Below, piece after piece: positions 58,232-64,000 of a DNA stretch of 64,000 nucleotides. Numbering within the stretch: the stretch's first letter is position 1; each line of letters opens with the position of its first letter. The DNA lies in contig CP075494.1 of NCBI GenBank assembly GCA_021613535.1, positions 4,402,001-4,466,000 of the forward strand, given 5' to 3'. The notes beneath the pieces are model-generated. The model did not search any database, had not been told where the DNA came from, and saw nothing but the letters and a program-made list of their open reading frames with translations. The translations under genes were made by a program, and so were the position numbers. The stretch is from Adineta vaga. Its lineage: Eukaryota > Animalia > Rotifera.

Positions 58232-59544
58232 TTAATAACCTAAATTAAGTGCACCAACAGCTGCATGTGCTTTTTGCCATGCTAAAGCTGTAACATAGTT
58301 TCGAACGGAAATATTTCCTATAAATTTATCATTATTAGTATTATATTTTTGATAAAATTCTTTAATAATTCCATTTAAAATATTTTGTGTATAAGTTATA
58401 TTTGCCATTCGTTCAATTCGTTTCGGTGGATCTATTTCAGTGAATTCTCTTAAATTACCACGGTGCCGAAATTTAGCAAATGGTTCATCATTATGTAAAG
58501 AATGTATATGCCATGCTTTCCATACAGAATCTCCAGAAGCACTCGGATGATCTAATGCAGGTGACTGATGATGTCGAGCAATACTCGAAGAAAAAATATG
58601 ATTTATAGCAATACTAGCAGCATATAATGATGTAACACCACGCCACCATTTTGGCCATTCACCAATAGCAGGTAGATTTTCGATACCTATAAATAAATCT
58701 CAAAAGAACAGAAGATATTCCTATTGTGTTTACCGGGAACATGTGGTCCATATTCATTTTTAAGAAAATGTCTACCAATAATTGTGGTTAAATTCGCTAT
58801 TTGAATGGAATCATTTGGATGAACTAACCATGTCGAACATAAATCATGGATACCCATATGTTTATAGCCTAGTTTTTTTGCAATACTTCTAATTCGTTCA
58901 AATGTAAATTGAATTCCATGACCAGTTGCACCAAATTGCATATCATATAATTTGATTGAATGTTTTCCTAGGAGACCAAAAAGTAAACCGGGACTTAAAA
59001 TGGCATCTTGATCAACTCGTAAAATCCATTGATATTGAAAAATAACTCTGCGATACTCTGGTGTTAGAAGAAAAGCAATTGATGTCATATAGAGATAATC
59101 TTGCCATTGTTGAACTATTTGAACAGATAATTCTTCATAAAAACATCTCGGAGTTATTCGAGATCTATTCGGATGATTGAATGAAAGTGGTAGACATGGT
59201 GCTGGTAATTGTGAACAACTCGGTTGTTCACAAAAGACAATTAAATCGAGAATAACTTGTTCAGACAGAGGAGGAAAATTTTGAAGAAAATGCCATGAAT
59301 TATATAGTAAATGAAATTCAGCAATATGAGATGTTTGTTTGGCTAATGAAACAACAACAGCAACATGAATGATATTTTGTTTTGATTCTGTTAGATTTAG
59401 TGAAGATGATGTTGTCGTCGTGGTGGTGAAAATAGTAGATGTAGATATTGTTGTCGATTCTTTTGGCGAAGGATAAAGTGGAATTAAGAAATAAATAACA
59501 GATACAGCAAGAAATATAAATATTAATCGAATAGTTCGATTCAT
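58232..59544 (-). CDS. Type II membrane glycosyltransferase-like protein (DxD), 2 exons
   Basis: TM plus Thr/Ser stalk; WILRVDQDAILSP. Short intron near 58688-58733; exon 2 reads GEWPKWWRGVTSLYAASIAINH to the stop at 58232. Confidence 0.65.
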
Positions 59545-60756
59545 TTCTATAATCGTTCTATAAACCAAAATTTATCTAAGAGAAAAAAAATCAAACGATT
59601 TGTTTTTTCTTTACTGGCAAAAAAAGGTCGAATATGCATGAATGCGGTGTAATATTAGATATATAACATCGTTTCTCGTTCATCGACATTACTGTCTATA
59701 CACACTTGTTCGCGATCGTGACTCTTTACATCAATGAATGTACTTTTTCCTTCGATTATTTTACGTGTATATATACACACGAGTATTTGAAGAGAACAGA
59801 ATGATACGCTTCAATATAGTTTACAGGCAAGGCAAGCATATGACCACGTGTTTTGTATATTAATGTACAAAAATATCGATGCAAACATTCCCTTCATATA
59901 TATATAACTGTTTTTCATTATCAAATGAATACCGAGAGAAAACATATTAATTCCAAATATAGGTTTTATCGAGTAAGACGTGCAATCTGATCAACTATAA
60001 GTGTATTTCAGAGATATCATTGTAATAGATTTTCATCAATAGCAACTAGAATCATGTATCGATCGAAATTGCTTGACATTGAATGTTATACTTATGTAAA
60101 CTGTCAAAAGTAATAAAGAAAAACATTATACGGCCTTCTTATTTCATGGCATACAGGTGTAATGAGCAATCAATGATCACACAGGATGAAAGAAGTTATT
60201 CTACACTTAATCAAAAATGAGCAATTCGAACTATGGTTCTAATCAATGAAAATTCCTATCTCGCTATGACTTTTTTTCGTGAATTTCTCATGCTAAGTAC
60301 TCACAGAAGGTGAACTTCATGTTTCTATATTCATTGTACCATTAAACATTTGAATGATTCTACGTGAGTAATGTTTTCTCGGACAAGAAAATTTCTCAAT
60401 AATATAAGTGTATGTCTCTTCTTTCTTTTATAGCATTAGTCGAATGAAAAAAGTAATCATTATTATTTTCTTTCTTTTTTGACAAACATATAATTTTTCA
60501 CTTGAAAAAAGAGCTGCAAAGACTACAATTAGTTTTCTTCATAATTTTAGAGAATGCCGGAATAGAAAAAGCAATTTAAAAATTAATAATAGGAGAAAGA
60601 TGGAAATAAAAAAAGAACATCTATTCAAGGACATTTTGTGTTTATAAATAATTAATGAATATGTAGTTTAATTAAAGATTTATAAGATAAATAGAAAGAA
60701 AGATAAAAGATTCGAAGTTATGATCAAGCCAAGTGTGAACTGTATAAAATGTGTAT

Positions 60757-62481
60757 TTATTGAAGCCAAATATATATAGTATATGAAACATGGGTATTAT
60801 AATCAAGTCTAAAATCACATTTTGATGGTAAATGAAGTGTTAACCAATCATTTAATTCCTCTTCAGAAGAAGTTAAGACATTATCTCCTTCTAGTGATGC
60901 ACGTAATTTTAATGATCGAAGATTTCCTAATTGATTAACTAATTTAAGTAGATCATCATGATGTTCAATTGATAATGTAAGAAGTTCACATTGTTGACCT
61001 AATTGACTGTTAATTAACATTTCACAGTCTTTATTACTAAATGTGTAAACTTGAAATTCTAAATATCGAATAGAATCGTGTTTTGTATTAGAAAAGATTG
61101 TACATTTATTTTCCGAATATTGTAATTTTAATGTATGAAGAGAAGGTAAACGATCAAATATTGACTGCAATTCATTTTCAATGGAATCATATCGATCATC
61201 TATATAACAAGTAAGGATTTGTATATTATTCAAATTGGGAATAATGGAATGAAGTCTATCGTCGATAGGAAGTGTAATACTTAAATGACGAATATTTGGA
61301 AAGAGAAATGGAAGTGATTGAAGTTGTGGTATATATTTAAGAAAATATATATGATCATATGAATTATAAATCTTATCATCTGGACAAGTTGATTTGTGAC
61401 AGTTTAATTGAGTAACATCTTCTGACGAACAAAAAGCATATGGTAAAGTGTATAACACAATGCTTTCAAATCCACTGCTAGCATTCTCTTCCTCCCAATG
61501 ACATCGAATATACCATTGATGATCTTCAAGCCAAAATGATGTTCGAAAAGAATCCATAAATCTATTGATATAGTCTTCGATGTTATCAATTCCAGATATT
61601 GAAAAGAACATACACAAATGAAATACCTTCAGGTTAGTTAAGTAGCTTTTAATAGTATGTTCCCATTGTTTTCCATCGAGATAAAATCGTTCCATACAAA
61701 TCTTGAGACAGGTTAAATTCGGTAAATATTTCCAAAATGTCAATGCATTTGTATTTATTCGCGTAGATAAATTCAATCTAGTTAATGACAGAAAATAAGT
61801 TGAAAATTCTTTTTCGGAAGAACTATAATCTATCAATTGTGTATTTAAATATCGTAGATGAGGTGTGTTTTCTAATAGATTATAGAACGTATCTATCTGC
61901 ATACAACCATTTTGATAGGAAAAATGATGTATTGATGATGAAGTAACATCAGGTGTATCAAATATTGTCCATGATCCATTAAAACCATCTAAATGGCAAT
62001 AAACTAATTGAGGAAGACTCCAGATACTATTGAGAATAGTATGAGAAGATACCATTAGTTTAAAATTACATTTAATTATACTTAAATATGTAAGATATGA
62101 TAATTGATGCCATTCAATTAGTAATTTTTCCATTATTTTTGGAGATTCAATACAATACAAAGAAAGTGCACGTAGCTGTGACAATTGAAGAAAGGATGGA
62201 AAATAAGTTGGAATATATTTTGTTTGTCCTGGTGTATATTTGTCATCAGAAAGACGTAATGAAATAATTTGATTTTGAATTGATGGAAGATATTTTTGAC
62301 ATATAAGATGAAAATCAGATTTGGAAATCGATTTAAAATCAAGATGATATGATTGAAATTGTTTGAGTAAAAGCGTATGAAATCGATAATTAAGATCGTA
62401 GAATGCATGGAAAAGATCTTGAATTTTGAAATATTCGAAAATATCAAGTAAAAGTTCATTGGCTAAACATTCAAAATTCAT
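60757..62481 (-). CDS. F-box / LRR-like protein, paralogue of 39836..41572
   Basis: FECLANELLLDIFEY F-box; FRTSFWLEDHQWYIRCHW; LYTLPY; SQLGQQCELL. Confidence 0.85.
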   Translation of the reverse strand: MNFECLANELLLDIFEYFKIQDLFHAFYDLNYRFHTLLLKQFQSYHLDFKSISKSDFHLICQKYLPSIQNQIISLRLSDDKYTPGQTKYIPTYFPSFLQLSQLRALSLYCIESPKIMEKLLIEWHQLSYLTYLSIIKCNFKLMVSSHTILNSIWSLPQLVYCHLDGFNGSWTIFDTPDVTSSSIHHFSYQNGCMQIDTFYNLLENTPHLRYLNTQLIDYSSSEKEFSTYFLSLTRLNLSTRINTNALTFWKYLPNLTCLKICMERFYLDGKQWEHTIKSYLTNLKVFHLCMFFSISGIDNIEDYINRFMDSFRTSFWLEDHQWYIRCHWEEENASSGFESIVLYTLPYAFCSSEDVTQLNCHKSTCPDDKIYNSYDHIYFLKYIPQLQSLPFLFPNIRHLSITLPIDDRLHSIIPNLNNIQILTCYIDDRYDSIENELQSIFDRLPSLHTLKLQYSENKCTIFSNTKHDSIRYLEFQVYTFSNKDCEMLINSQLGQQCELLTLSIEHHDDLLKLVNQLGNLRSLKLRASLEGDNVLTSSEEELNDWLTLHLPSKCDFRLDYNTHVSYTIYIWLQ

Positions 62482-64000
62482 CTTCGTAAGAGTAAACGGA
62501 CTGCTTATTTGATGATCGTTCGAATCTTTAGATAGGAATATTAAAACACATGTATTTTGAGAAGAAGAAAGACGGCATTGAATAATATTTACTTATAATG
62601 ACTCATATTGGTAAAAAGAATATTTTCGCCGTGATAGGTATAGTGTAAAGATGCAAAATTTGACGTTGTTTTTTTGTGATGAGACTCAACATGATTGGAT
62701 GAATATTCTACAGAAATATCAAGCTGAAGTTTTTCAATGATAATAAGCTGCTCGAAAGTATTTGTGAAACTAGCGCCCTCTACAACACTTTTCTATTCGT
62801 TTTCTCTCTCGGTTTTTGACTCGATGTATATATACATATATATCCTTGGTTATCTCTGCCATGAAAACAGTCCACAGTATTATGTTTTCTTCCGTAATTC
62901 ACGAAACTCATCGCTATGTGTATACAAAAACATGATCTGTTCAAAAGACATAATAGAAGACCCAGGTCTTTTAATACGTCCATGGCTTTAGTCGATTGAA
63001 ATCGGTGACAGAATACGATGGTAGATTTGATAGATAGTGTAAAAATCAATGTAGAATGACGTTTAGTGAAATGACACAAATAGAACGGATATTGTTTCCT
63101 GGCGATATCACCATTACAATACATATAAGTTTATTTTAATATGTAAGAAATACAGTTATTTCATGTGAAGAAAAAAACATCTAGTACGAGAGATAAAGCG
63201 AAACAATATTGCAGGTAAAAATGAAGATAAAAGGAGTACAACATTATATCTAACAAAAAAAACATGCCGTTAATGTGCCACAATTTGTATACAAGGGGTG
63301 TGTTAAAGATAAGAAAATATGGTGAAATTCAATTTGAAAGTTTTTTTTTTAATACGAATCTAACCTAGCTGAGATGTTAATTATTGTATTTGATTTGATT
63401 TGATTTTCGAAAAGATGTATGAAGTAAATTGTACAAAAGGCAAACAACTAATATAATGAAAATGATAGACGAATGCATTAGCTAAATGTTTTCCAGATGA
63501 AAATTATGTTTAAAGAAACTATTACGCAATAAAAAAATATATCATTCGATCAATCTTTATTAAATTTCGATTTTTTCTAATACTTAAATTTTATGAAGAG
63601 GCTTAGTTAAGGTAAAGTTCATTATTGGGACTAAATGTACCGATACAAGTATAAATCCTGGGAGCTCTAAAGGTTAACCATTTGAAAGGTCTTAACTAAC
63701 ACTTACAATCGTTCGATTCTTATTTTTGTCGAGAACGATCAAAAGAAAATTCATCCAGTTCATGATGGCCTTTACACTTATATCAATCACACCAAAGTCT
63801 TCGTACATAAATATACTTAAGATTAGATAAATTTTTGTAAGATTTTTCTCTATCTCTCTTTCATTAATAACAAAATTGAAATAGACCACAAAACGATGTT
63901 AACCGTCGTTGATCATCGACTACAATTTTAATTAGATTTAGTTTACTAAATCTTAAAACGTTACTTTGATTTACAAATGTATTAAACGAATAAGAAAAAA

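Noticed and set aside
62737-63889. Short ORFs at the window end
   Set aside because: Overlapping, low-complexity, no motifs.

Overview
AT-rich eukaryotic genomic DNA with short (~50-80 nt) GT-AG introns. The gene repertoire (intronless F-box/LRR genes, ART+TPR protein, many bacterial/fungal-type enzymes among metazoan genes, TGTGGG/TGAGGG hexamers) most resembles a bdelloid rotifer; this is inference from gene content, not a database match. About 23 genes are present: metazoan-type genes (aminergic GPCR, Ig-domain protein, ABCB/P-glycoprotein, DUSP, three F-box genes, stand-alone KIX, E2-SOCS-box fusion) interleaved with probable horizontally acquired genes (APH(3') kinase, Eis-like GNAT, GT25, GT61-like, thioester-reductase-like SDR, fungal-type aldo-keto reductase and others). 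There are also two pseudogenes and two non-autonomous foldback DNA transposons with target-site duplications. The most striking unexplained structure is a dispersed family of about 9 short (30-90 bp) palindromes built from telomere-type hexamers with the terminus CATCTTGAGGGTG, often at gene 3' ends. The most novel-looking protein is a UBE2L3-like E2 fused to a SOCS box, lying head-to-head with an F-box gene.
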